DNA from: Candidatus Bathyarchaeia archaeon | GTDB lineage: Archaea > Thermoproteota > Bathyarchaeia > Bathyarchaeales > DTEX01 | Assembly (NCBI GenBank): GCA_038866525.1 | Contig: JAWBZG010000001.1 | Location: 1,285 to 65,284, forward strand | Length of the DNA stretch: 64,000 nt | Direction of reading: 5' to 3' | Part shown: one piece after another, positions 37,617 through 46,882 of the stretch | Layout of the letters: each line of letters starts with the position of its first letter | Position numbering within the stretch: position 1 is the stretch's first letter | The notes under the pieces: model-generated | The model's input: the letters and a program-made list of their open reading frames with translations, nothing else | Databases searched by the model: none | Told to the model about the DNA's origin: nothing | Made by a program: the position numbers and the translations under genes

Positions 37617-37701
37617 TAGTCTTTTCATCAAAATAAGAGAAATAAGTTATAAATCTTTCTCCGCCAATGGACTTAAATCTGATGGAGAGGATTAAGATAA
37701 T

Positions 37702-38727
37702 ATGAATCAGTTCTCAATGTACGAGGGGTTATGGCTCAAAGGGTCGCTGCATTGTCACAGTAATCTTTCAGACGGGCTGCTCCACCCAGACGACGTTGCC
37801 AAATTTTATGAGGAAAGAGGATACGCGCTTCTGTCTATAACAGACCATGAAAAACTATCTGGCGTGAAGTCTTTTAAAGGCATTTACAGTTTTGGTGTTG
37901 AAGTTTCTAGGGGGAGAGGCAAGCTTAGCGAACCATATCATATAGTGATTTTGGGAGTAAATGATCCAGCGATATTGAATTTAAGCGACTTGCAAAGCTT
38001 AATAGACTATGTCAATGAGTCTGGTGGATTAGCATTTATAGCGCACCCATACTGGTCGAACTTAGTATACGAAGATTTGACTCAATTAAGTGGTTACATT
38101 GGTATAGAGATCTACAACACCGGATGCGATGTTGAAGTGGCTAAAGGATATAGCCTAACATATTGGGATAATCTTCTTTCATCGGGGAGAAAAGTTTTGG
38201 GTTTAGCGGTAGATGACTCACATAGATATTTTGTGCCGCCCATAGATGCTGACGGCGGATACATTTGGGTTAATGTTGATGATGTGTGTTTGGAGGAAAC
38301 GCTGGAATCTATTAGGGCAGGCAGATTCTATGCGAGCATGGGTCCAAAAATAATCTACCTTCATCATGCGCAAAATTTCCTCCGAATACTCTCGACACCG
38401 ATCGTTAGACTCAATCTGGTGGCGCCTAATGGTAAGGGATTCTCCATATCAATTGCTACAATACTTAAGATATTAAGTTGTTGGAATGACCCGAATAAAA
38501 GGAGAATATGTGAGGATATCATTGAAGGCATCGACAACATAGATGAGGGGTCTCGCCGAACAATCCATATAGAAACCACTAAATATGGGAGCTTCATGGT
38601 TGAATACGATCATGAAGGGATCATTAGATTCGAAGTTAAAAGGGATTTTAATTATCCTTATTTCAGGGTGGAAATAGTCGATGGGAAAAACCGGTATGCT
38701 TGGACAAACCCCATCAGCAATCCTTAA
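37702..38727 (+). CDS. PHP-domain metal-dependent phosphoesterase
   Basis: GSLHCHSNLSDG...LLSITDHE and AHPYW, with a C-terminal domain of unknown function. Confidence 0.7.
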   Translation: MNQFSMYEGLWLKGSLHCHSNLSDGLLHPDDVAKFYEERGYALLSITDHEKLSGVKSFKGIYSFGVEVSRGRGKLSEPYHIVILGVNDPAILNLSDLQSLIDYVNESGGLAFIAHPYWSNLVYEDLTQLSGYIGIEIYNTGCDVEVAKGYSLTYWDNLLSSGRKVLGLAVDDSHRYFVPPIDADGGYIWVNVDDVCLEETLESIRAGRFYASMGPKIIYLHHAQNFLRILSTPIVRLNLVAPNGKGFSISIATILKILSCWNDPNKRRICEDIIEGIDNIDEGSRRTIHIETTKYGSFMVEYDHEGIIRFEVKRDFNYPYFRVEIVDGKNRYAWTNPISNP

Positions 38728-38787
38728 AAATAACGCTTAAAAGCACTAACTTCCTGAAAAATATATTTATCTTGAAATGGTGATCCT

Positions 38788-39651
38788 ATGAGTTTACCTG
38801 TGGATCTGCTGAAAGAAAGGATTAGAGACTTTCTTGAAGAAGACATAGGGTTAGGTGATATAACCACCGAGCTTGTAGTGCCGCCTGAAATAAGGGTGCG
38901 GGCGCAGATAGTTGTGAAGGAGGCTGCCGTCATAGCTGGGCTGCAGGAGCTGAAAACCATCTTCGATATGATTGGCGCGAAGGTTAAGTTTCTAGTAAAT
39001 GAGGGCGATGAAGTTTCGCCAAACACCGTCATCGCCATAATCGAGGGGGAAGGAAGGGCGCTGCTTTCCGTTGAGAGAACCGCCTTAAACATATTTTCTC
39101 GCATGAGTGGAGTTGCTACAGAGACAAGAAAACTAGTTAAGAAGGTAAAGGAGGCGGGACTTAACGTACGCGTGGCTGCGACGAGAAAAACTGCCCCCGG
39201 GCTTCGATATTTTGATAAGCGAGCTGTCATTATTGGTGGTGGGGATCCACATAGACTTAAACTCGACGATCAAATTTTAATCAAAGATAATCACATAATT
39301 ATCGCTGGCAGTCTAGAGGAGGCGCTGAAGAGGGCGCGTTCATTAGGGAGCTTCTCAAAGAAGATAGAGGTTGAAGTGAAGAGTGCGGAGCAAGCTGTGC
39401 TGGCAGCTAAGCTCGGAGCTGAAATAATAATGCTGGATAACATGTCTGTTGAGGAAGCGCGTAAAGTTATTGAATCCTTAAAGGAGATTGGTCTCCGAAA
39501 TAAAATTTTAATTGAGATATCAGGTGGAATAAACGGGGAAAACATACTGGAATACGCTAAGCTTGAGCCAGACATAATCTCGGTTGGAACAATTACTCAT
39601 TCAGTTAAGTCCATCGACGTCAGCTTAGACGTGATCGAAGTCATTAAATAA
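38788..39651 (+). CDS. nadC: Nicotinate-nucleotide pyrophosphorylase (quinolinate phosphoribosyltransferase)
   Basis: ERTALNIFSRMSGVAT, TRKTAPGLR, IKDNHI, MLDNM and ISGGIN. Confidence 0.9.
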   Translation: MSLPVDLLKERIRDFLEEDIGLGDITTELVVPPEIRVRAQIVVKEAAVIAGLQELKTIFDMIGAKVKFLVNEGDEVSPNTVIAIIEGEGRALLSVERTALNIFSRMSGVATETRKLVKKVKEAGLNVRVAATRKTAPGLRYFDKRAVIIGGGDPHRLKLDDQILIKDNHIIIAGSLEEALKRARSLGSFSKKIEVEVKSAEQAVLAAKLGAEIIMLDNMSVEEARKVIESLKEIGLRNKILIEISGGINGENILEYAKLEPDIISVGTITHSVKSIDVSLDVIEVIK

Positions 39652-39690
39652 CGGATTTTCCGTTTCCATTCGGTTTAAAGTAAATTTTAA

Positions 39691-40902
39691 TTATTGATTT
39701 CGCCTTTTAATAGCTTTCTTAACGGCTTCAATTACGATGGATGAGGGCGCGTCAGTTTTTATTCCTTTACTGTGGAAATGTGTGCGGGAAGCTCTAAAGC
39801 CCGTATCCTTAATATTATTGATGACTTTCCTTATTGGGGGGGTTGGAGCCTTAATTTTCTCACATATCTTATCGGTAACATAATATGTTATAGGCGCATC
39901 AGTCTCCTCTTTAATTAGCGAGATCAACTTTATAACTTCATCATCTATATGCTTAACAGACTTCATGTTCTCTTCAATAACTGTAAAAAATTCCTTGTCA
40001 ACTATCTCCCTAAGCCACAAAGGCCCTGCAACCCTTAGAGGTGAACCGCACTCTGGGCATCTTGAGCTACTATTTAAGGAAAGTATGCCCTGCACAGCTT
40101 CCCTGTGAAAACATTTGAAGCAGTGGAGCAGATAGCCCATACTGTCTAGAGATCTGTCAGCCTTTTTGGCACCGTATTCAATTAGTGCATAAAGTCTCAC
40201 GCAGTGTTTTGCAACGTGACTAAATAGTATCTTTACGCCAATATCGTGTTTAGCAGCTATATTAGCCAGACAGCCAGCTAAAAGCCTTACAGCGATCTCT
40301 TGGGCGTATTCTGTTTTCAGGGATGAGCCACCATATTTTCTTAGGGCGACCTTTGGGTAAACTCCGCAGAGTGAAGCTAGGTCTGTCGCCGTTAAAGCCA
40401 GCAGTCCACCATCCCTCAGCGCCCTAACAGCCGAATCGATGTATGGAGCTGGGGAGCCGAAGGGGTCTATATCTATGAAGTCAAATCTCTGAGCTGGAGC
40501 TGCATGTCTAGATAAAAATAAGCACGCATCTTCATTCGAGACAAAAACTTTTTCGTTGAGATTATTTAATTGAACATTGTACTTAGCTAGCTCGTAAGCT
40601 CTTTCATTTATATCATTAATGTAAACCGTATTCACTCCTTTAACCTCTTTTGCGAAGCGTATCCCTCTAACACCACAGCCTGCCAGCGGCTCGGAAACTT
40701 TCAGATCCCTATTCACATAACTCTGATATGATTGGAGAACTAGAACAGCAACATCTCTACAGGGCTTCATGAGAGGATTGTAAAAGACAGGGGCTCTAGA
40801 GGGAGCGTAATCCCAAGGTCCCCTCTTAAATGCGCTAAGATTGGGAATAACTATGTTGGCCATACCCTCGCTGATAAAATCGACTGGAAAACTAAAGCTC
40901 AA
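39691..40902 (-). CDS. trm1: tRNA (guanine26-N2)-dimethyltransferase
   Basis: FYNPLMKPCRDV, LAGCGVRGIRFA, DIDPFGSPAPYIDSA and the Cys4 insert CFKC...CPECG. Confidence 0.9.
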   Translation of the reverse strand: MSFSFPVDFISEGMANIVIPNLSAFKRGPWDYAPSRAPVFYNPLMKPCRDVAVLVLQSYQSYVNRDLKVSEPLAGCGVRGIRFAKEVKGVNTVYINDINERAYELAKYNVQLNNLNEKVFVSNEDACLFLSRHAAPAQRFDFIDIDPFGSPAPYIDSAVRALRDGGLLALTATDLASLCGVYPKVALRKYGGSSLKTEYAQEIAVRLLAGCLANIAAKHDIGVKILFSHVAKHCVRLYALIEYGAKKADRSLDSMGYLLHCFKCFHREAVQGILSLNSSSRCPECGSPLRVAGPLWLREIVDKEFFTVIEENMKSVKHIDDEVIKLISLIKEETDAPITYYVTDKICEKIKAPTPPIRKVINNIKDTGFRASRTHFHSKGIKTDAPSSIVIEAVKKAIKRRNQ

Positions 40903-41034
40903 AGCCTTTTCCCTCAGCGCCCCCTCTTAATAACAAAAGATTTAATAGGGATCCAAAAATATTTCTGAATGATAGGAACTATTTGCAATATGCAATCGAA
41001 ATTAACCGGCATCAAATGATGGTGATAAAGGCGC

Positions 41035-42018
41035 TTGAAGTTTAAAGAATTGGGTTGGAATGGCTTCCTGCTTCAGATTCCTGAAGAGATGCGTCTTACG
41101 GCTGAGAGCGGAAACATAAATTCAGGGTATTTTAAGCTTGAGATGGAAAATCTACTATTAGAAGTCAAGTGGGAGCAATTTAACCCTAAAAAACCCAAAT
41201 CCCTGGCTGAAATATCCGCCTCATTTATCGAGAACGTAAGGAAAACTATTGAGAAAACCGCGAAAAAGAGGGTTGACATAAAAGCTAGAGTCGCGGAAAA
41301 CATTTTTATTTCCTCTCACAATGCACGTTCTATGATTCTTGAAACTGGATCCGGTCTGAGGGAACCAACTTATCTTTGGGTTTGCGAAAAAAGTAACCGG
41401 GTAATAATAGCTCACTTCGTATTCTCGCCGCTAATGGAGGAAAGTGAAGAAGTAGTTGAACGTATACTCGGCTCATTTAAATGCCATACGGAAGAAGACT
41501 TGGTAACATGGTCAGCATTAAATATTCGTTTTAATATTCCCCCGAGCTTTCTGCTCTCTGAAAGAAGAATCGCTGTTGGAAGAACTTATTTAACTTTTAG
41601 GGATCAAAAGTTCTCCACGTTTGCCGAGACCGGCAGAAGTTTCTCAATAGAATATTTTTCTATGGCGAACGTGGTTTTTGAAGATACGTATAAGGATATT
41701 GACGCTTGGTTCCAGAAGAAATACTGGAAGGACTTAAAGAAGAGCCATAAAAATATCGCTTTCCAATCCAGTGAGGGTAGAAAGATTATGCGGCATAACG
41801 CCATATATAGACATGGTATCAGCAGATCCGGTTTATTTACCAGGAGAACCACGATATGTAAAAATTTAACATGGTATTGCTCAAAGTCAAATCGAATATA
41901 CTCAATAACATATATGTCATATATTAGTAGACCGTTTTTCCTCAAGAGAAAATTGAGCGAAGAGGAGGAAGAAAAAATCTTCCAAAACCTATTATTATCA
42001 TTTAAATGCCACTTTTAA
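41035..42018 (+). CDS. Hypothetical protein built from two homologous halves
   Basis: Internal repeat: LWVCEKSNRVIIAHFVFSP..EESEEVVERILGSFKCH versus TWYCSKSNRIYSITYMSYI..SEEEEEKIFQNLLLSFKCH. No family recognised. TTG start. Confidence 0.45.
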   Translation: MKFKELGWNGFLLQIPEEMRLTAESGNINSGYFKLEMENLLLEVKWEQFNPKKPKSLAEISASFIENVRKTIEKTAKKRVDIKARVAENIFISSHNARSMILETGSGLREPTYLWVCEKSNRVIIAHFVFSPLMEESEEVVERILGSFKCHTEEDLVTWSALNIRFNIPPSFLLSERRIAVGRTYLTFRDQKFSTFAETGRSFSIEYFSMANVVFEDTYKDIDAWFQKKYWKDLKKSHKNIAFQSSEGRKIMRHNAIYRHGISRSGLFTRRTTICKNLTWYCSKSNRIYSITYMSYISRPFFLKRKLSEEEEEKIFQNLLLSFKCHF

Positions 42019-42623
42019 TTTCCGCTGAGATTTAAGAGTTCATCGCACCTAACCTTTATACATTCATAGACTTTCTCTCTGAGATCTTCGCCGGAGAGAT
42101 TAGATTTTCTGATATGCTCTAATCTCTTGGCGAGCTCTATATCCCCCAGAAATGAGACCCATTTCTCAAAATCTCCCCGGAATAGGTGAAACTCTAGAGA
42201 TCTCAGGTCTATTACCCTAATCTTATCACGTAGATTAATCAAACTATCTGAATATACGTTTAGCGGTTTATCTTCCCCAACATAAAAATGAAAAGCGAAT
42301 TCAAGGGGGACCTTGCTTAGAATTTTTCTGGCTAAATTTCCATTGATTCTAGGAAAACCTAAAAACTCTTTACCTAAATCTGTTAACGCATAGAGTCCGC
42401 CACCAAGCGCCACTATATAACCCTTCTTCTTCAGGTTAAGGAGATGCATGTTAACGGAACGCGCTCCCAGATTAACTCCTTTAGATATCTCCTTCAGATG
42501 AGATGGTCTATTAAATTGCCATAAAATCTTTAAAATCTCAAGTTTAACATCATTCATTTCTCCACTTCCCTCCTTCAACCTACTTAGCTCAACATCAATT
42601 ATTATTACAGCGTTTAATACCAT
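42015..42623 (-). CDS. Winged-helix regulator with a C-terminal domain shared with the GH57 enzyme
   Basis: wHTH (LEILKILWQFNRPSHLKEISKGVNLGARSVNMHLLNLKKKGYI). The C-terminal VPLEFAFHFY...SLEFHLFRGDFEKWVSFLGDIELAKRL...EDLREKV is also found at the C-terminus of the 48849..50483 product. The start may be the internal MNDVKLE at 42557. Confidence 0.55.
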   Translation of the reverse strand: MVLNAVIIIDVELSRLKEGSGEMNDVKLEILKILWQFNRPSHLKEISKGVNLGARSVNMHLLNLKKKGYIVALGGGLYALTDLGKEFLGFPRINGNLARKILSKVPLEFAFHFYVGEDKPLNVYSDSLINLRDKIRVIDLRSLEFHLFRGDFEKWVSFLGDIELAKRLEHIRKSNLSGEDLREKVYECIKVRCDELLNLSGN

Positions 42624-42654
42624 AAATTTTAAACTCTAGCTTTTATAAGAGTTA

Positions 42655-43719
42655 TTGGGTATTGCAATGGCAAACGAGTTGAGAAAAGACTATATTTTGG
42701 ATAGATGGGTTGTCGTAGCTTCACATAGAAGAAGGAGACCTACAGACTTTATGGGGAGCTGGAGGGAGGAGAAAAAAGCAGCGGTTTGCCCCTTCTGCCC
42801 GGGAAATGAGCATTTAACTCCGCCAGCATCACTAATATATTTTATGGAAGACTGTGAGCTGAAAAAAGACTATGATAGAAATGGGGATCGGCGTAAGAAT
42901 TGGATCGTTAGATGCATACCTAATCTTTACCCAGCGTTTTCACCACAAGTCTCAAAAGCCACTTCAAATCTTCAAACTAACTCTATTCTTGTCTCCAAGG
43001 AAGCTCTTGGTCACCATGAGGTTTTAATTGAGTCGCCGAATCACGATGAGCATCCAAGTGTAGCCAGAATAGCGCAATTAACTCATGTGATAAACGCGCT
43101 GAAAGACAGGGTCTTATTCTTCATGTCGAGGGAATATGTGAAGTACGTGTCGATTTTTAGGAATCATGGGGCTAACGCTGGCGCATCGCTATCGCATGCT
43201 CACAGTCAAATAATAGCTACACCTATTCTACCGAAAATAATAGAGGAGGAGAACATTGAAAGCAAAAAATATTATGCGAAGAATAAACATTGTGTCTTCT
43301 GCCGAATAATAGAGATGGAGACTAAAAGCGAGCGCTTCATATGGGGAAATAACGGATTTATAGTTTTCGCGCCATGGGCTTCGATAAATCCGTTCGAGTT
43401 TTGGATATTTCCTAAGAGACATCAGTCATCAATACTAGAGCTCACAGAAGATGAAACCCGAGATCTTGCCGAGGCGCTTAGGGTTAGCCTTGGAGGCTTA
43501 AGGGTTTTGTTAGGCGATCCCCCTTACAACCTTGGCTTTCATATGATCCCGGAAAAACACTACCATTGGCATATTGAAGTTTATCCCAAACTAGCCATTT
43601 GGGCTGGATTTGAAAAGAGCACCGGCATGTACATAAATACTGTGCCTCCGGAGGAAGCTGCCAGAGATTTGAGTGTAGTCTTTGAGATGGAAAAGAAAGC
43701 CTTATCAAGGACAGTGTAG
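42655..43719 (+). CDS. galT: GalT-family HIT nucleotidyltransferase (galactose-1-phosphate uridylyltransferase / ADP-glucose phosphorylase type)
   Basis: Zinc motif CPFCPGNE and the active-site motif SLSHAHSQI (HxHxQ). Confidence 0.8.
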   Translation: MGIAMANELRKDYILDRWVVVASHRRRRPTDFMGSWREEKKAAVCPFCPGNEHLTPPASLIYFMEDCELKKDYDRNGDRRKNWIVRCIPNLYPAFSPQVSKATSNLQTNSILVSKEALGHHEVLIESPNHDEHPSVARIAQLTHVINALKDRVLFFMSREYVKYVSIFRNHGANAGASLSHAHSQIIATPILPKIIEEENIESKKYYAKNKHCVFCRIIEMETKSERFIWGNNGFIVFAPWASINPFEFWIFPKRHQSSILELTEDETRDLAEALRVSLGGLRVLLGDPPYNLGFHMIPEKHYHWHIEVYPKLAIWAGFEKSTGMYINTVPPEEAARDLSVVFEMEKKALSRTV

Positions 43720-43800
43720 TTTGATTTTTCCAGCTAAATTTAAGTGATCCAGCATTATTATTTGGTGTTAAGCGATATTTTATGCTTGAGGTGAAATAAA

Positions 43801-45243
43801 TTGTTCAATGCAAATTTAAGGCTCCCAGATCTACCTAAAGGACCATTTGAGCCAACGTGGGATTCCTTGAAGAAATATAAGGTTCCAAGATGGTACTTGG
43901 ATGCAAAATTTGGCATATTCATTCACTGGGGAGTCTACTCTGTACCAGCTTTCCAGAACGAGTGGTATCCAAGAAACATGTATATTAAGGGTCATCCAGC
44001 TTATCACCATCATTTAGAGGCGTACGGTCCACATGACAAATTTGGATACAAAGATTTTATACCAATGTTCACAGCTGAGAATTGGGATCCTGAAGAATGG
44101 GCTAAGCTATTTCGGGAGGCTGGTGCCAGATACGTTGTTTTAGTCGCCGAGCATCACGATGGTTTCGCCCTCTACGATTGCAGTTACAGTAGATGGAACT
44201 CTGTCAAGATGGGTCCTAAACGCGATATAGTTGGCGAGCTGGCAAAAGCCGTCCGTGAGGAAGGGTTAGCTTTCGGGGTTTCATATCACAGGGCTGAGCA
44301 CTGGTGGTTCTTTGAGGGAGGCATGCATTTTAACTCTGATGTTAGAGACCCAAGATACTATGATTTTTATGGTCCTGCAAAGCCGTCTAGCACACAGCCG
44401 GACGATGAGTTTTTATGCAACTGGCTTAAGAGAGCTTGTGAGCTGGTGGATAAATACAGGCCTCAGATATTCTGGTTCGACTGGTGGATTGAGCAGCCTG
44501 TTTTCGAACCATACCTTAGGTTCTTTGCGGCTTACTACTATAATCGTGCATACGAGTGGGGTATTGGCGTAGTTATAAACTATAAGCATAATGCCTTCCC
44601 AGAGGGCACTGCTGTACTTGATATTGAGCGCGGAAAATCCGAGGTTATGAGAGAGAACTTTTGGCAGACCGATACATCAATATGTAGGAAATCATGGGGC
44701 TATATTAGAGACCATGATTATAAGCCTGCAGGCTCAATAATACGTGACCTGGTAGATATTGTTAGCAAAAATGGCTGTTTACTGCTTAATGTAGCGCCAA
44801 AACCTGATGGAACAATACCGGAAGAGCAGCGGAAGATTCTTCTAAACATAGGGGAATGGCTTAAAATTAATGGCGAGGCAATATATGGTTCGAGAACATG
44901 GATAGTCTATGGTGAAGGGCCAACTAAGACTGTTGGAGGCGAATTTAAGGAGGAGGCTGGCGGACGGTTTACTGGCAGAGATATACGTTTCACATCTCAG
45001 GGCGATACACTTTACGCGATATTCCTTGACTGGCCGGGCAGCGAGGCTGAGATTAAATCGCTCAGCACATTGTTAACGCTGTACCCGGACGAAATTGGAA
45101 GCGTGGAGATGCTTGGCGTAGAGGAACAGTTACAATGGACTCGTAATGAGAATGGGTTAAGAGTTAAAATGCCTGAGAGGAAACCTTGTGAGCACGCATA
45201 CACCTTAAAAATAAATAGGTTGAGGGGGAAAAGAGGGGGCTAG
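43801..45243 (+). CDS. Alpha-L-fucosidase, glycoside hydrolase family 29
   Basis: WYLDAKFGIFIHWGVYSVPA...EWY, AEHHDGFALYD and LLLNVAPKPDGTIP. No signal peptide. Confidence 0.9.
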   Translation: MFNANLRLPDLPKGPFEPTWDSLKKYKVPRWYLDAKFGIFIHWGVYSVPAFQNEWYPRNMYIKGHPAYHHHLEAYGPHDKFGYKDFIPMFTAENWDPEEWAKLFREAGARYVVLVAEHHDGFALYDCSYSRWNSVKMGPKRDIVGELAKAVREEGLAFGVSYHRAEHWWFFEGGMHFNSDVRDPRYYDFYGPAKPSSTQPDDEFLCNWLKRACELVDKYRPQIFWFDWWIEQPVFEPYLRFFAAYYYNRAYEWGIGVVINYKHNAFPEGTAVLDIERGKSEVMRENFWQTDTSICRKSWGYIRDHDYKPAGSIIRDLVDIVSKNGCLLLNVAPKPDGTIPEEQRKILLNIGEWLKINGEAIYGSRTWIVYGEGPTKTVGGEFKEEAGGRFTGRDIRFTSQGDTLYAIFLDWPGSEAEIKSLSTLLTLYPDEIGSVEMLGVEEQLQWTRNENGLRVKMPERKPCEHAYTLKINRLRGKRGG

Positions 45244-45264
45244 GGGCTAGAAAGGCTTTTAGGG

Positions 45265-45522
45265 TTAGCTGTACATGCTTAAAACTTTTCTTATCCCGTC
45301 AATCGACACAAAGTATTTTCTTGCACCCATGACCTCCATAACCTCAATATATTTGCTCTCCATAAGCTTATTGAGGCTTTGTTCGGCTTTAGATTGATCC
45401 ATAGCTGTCCAACGCGCTATTTCTTCGATAGTTAATGCCCTACTTGGTTCCGTTGCACCAATATTATGTAGTATGCAGAGTAGATAAATTTCGTCCGGAA
45501 TTGAGGAGAATTTACTTGACAT
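45265..45522 (-). CDS. Small winged-helix protein
   Basis: 85 aa with LTIEEIARWTAMDQSKAEQSLNKLMESKYIEV. It lies 6 nt downstream of the glycosyltransferase gene. Confidence 0.4.
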   Translation of the reverse strand: MSSKFSSIPDEIYLLCILHNIGATEPSRALTIEEIARWTAMDQSKAEQSLNKLMESKYIEVMEVMGARKYFVSIDGIRKVLSMYS

Positions 45523-45528
45523 TAGAGG

Positions 45529-46695
45529 TCACCCCATGAGAGCCTTCTCATATGTTTCAACCGTCCTCCTCGCCACAGCATCCCAGCTATATATTTCATT
45601 AATCTTCCTTTTAGCGTTTTGCACAAGCCATGACGCATAGCCGGGGTCGGATAATATCTTATTAACTCCCCAAGCTATTGAGTCCGGGTTCTCTCTATAG
45701 GCTAAGAAGCCGGTCTTATCATGTTCGACTATCTCAGCTAAGCCACCAGTATTGCTGGCTACCACTGGCACTCCAGCAGCCATTCCCTCCAAGGCAACTA
45801 TGCCAAAGGGCTCGTAAATGGATGGAACAACGAGGACGTCTGAGCTTAGAGTTAATTCAATTAAGTCTTGGTCTGATAAGAACCCTAAAAACGTTATTTT
45901 GTGCTTGCATCCTGTCGAAGACGCTAGTCTCAGCAAATAGTCTTTCGACCATCCATCTCCAACTATAACTATTCTAGCCTCAGGATGCTGCCCAATTATT
46001 TTCGGCGCAGCCATTATCAGATACTCTACGCCCTTCTGTGGGACAAGTCTCCCGACAAAAAGAACTATTCTCTCAGATGGATCTATGCCGAAGCGCCTTT
46101 TAACTTCATCGCGGTTAATAGGAATATTATATTTTAATGTATCTATGGCGTTTGGAATAACATCAATCTTCTCGTCTGGAAGACGAAAATGCTCTTTGAT
46201 CTCATGCTTCATGGAGTTGCTCACAACTATAATTCTCTTTGACTCATATGTTAGCCACCATTCTATTCCATCGATTAAGTAAGAGTCCGGGTTGTGAAGC
46301 CCGCGTGATCTACCAACCTCAGTACTATGCATAGTTGAGACTAATGGCGCATTCAAATAATGCTTTGATGATATGCTGGCAGGGGCCACAAGCCAATCAT
46401 GAGCATGAATTATTTCAAATTTTTCATACCTACTTAACATGGCAACTTTTTTCTCCATAAAATGGTTGAAGAGGAGAACCCAGACAATAAAACTTGGATG
46501 CCCTAACTCTATAGCAGTCCTATGTATTTTTACACCCCCCTCCTCCTCATAATATGGTGCTCCAGGAAAATCTAGCGTAATTAAATGTACCGAATGCCCC
46601 ATTCTTGCAAGGGCTCTCGCCAAACCATGGCAGTGCCTAGATATCCCGCCAACTATTCTAGGGGGGTATTCCCAGCTAAGCATACATATGTTCAT
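45529..46695 (-). CDS. Glycosyltransferase (GT4 / glycogen-synthase-like)
   Basis: N-terminal MLSWEYPPRIVGGISRH and C-terminal YEPFGIVALEGMAAGVPVVASNTGGL. The Met at 46695 is preferred over the longest ORF, which extends to 46743. Confidence 0.85.
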   Translation of the reverse strand: MNICMLSWEYPPRIVGGISRHCHGLARALARMGHSVHLITLDFPGAPYYEEEGGVKIHRTAIELGHPSFIVWVLLFNHFMEKKVAMLSRYEKFEIIHAHDWLVAPASISSKHYLNAPLVSTMHSTEVGRSRGLHNPDSYLIDGIEWWLTYESKRIIVVSNSMKHEIKEHFRLPDEKIDVIPNAIDTLKYNIPINRDEVKRRFGIDPSERIVLFVGRLVPQKGVEYLIMAAPKIIGQHPEARIVIVGDGWSKDYLLRLASSTGCKHKITFLGFLSDQDLIELTLSSDVLVVPSIYEPFGIVALEGMAAGVPVVASNTGGLAEIVEHDKTGFLAYRENPDSIAWGVNKILSDPGYASWLVQNAKRKINEIYSWDAVARRTVETYEKALMG

Positions 46696-46882
46696 TTTTA
46701 TCAACCAATATGTTAAGGTCGTGATAGCTAAACGATCCCACAATTATTAATTTTTCTACCAAACGAATTTGGCATTATTGATAGCTGTTTACAACTGAAA
46801 TTTCTAAATAGTTCTTGGAATTAACCTGCATGAAGCTCAGGCAATGTCCATAATATATCGCTCAAATTTAACCAATACTTCT

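Noticed and set aside
40903-41034. A short palindrome, TTGCA-ATA-TGCAA, in the trm1/hypothetical divergent spacer as a regulator binding site.
   Set aside because: A 5-bp half-site is too short to distinguish from chance without comparative data.
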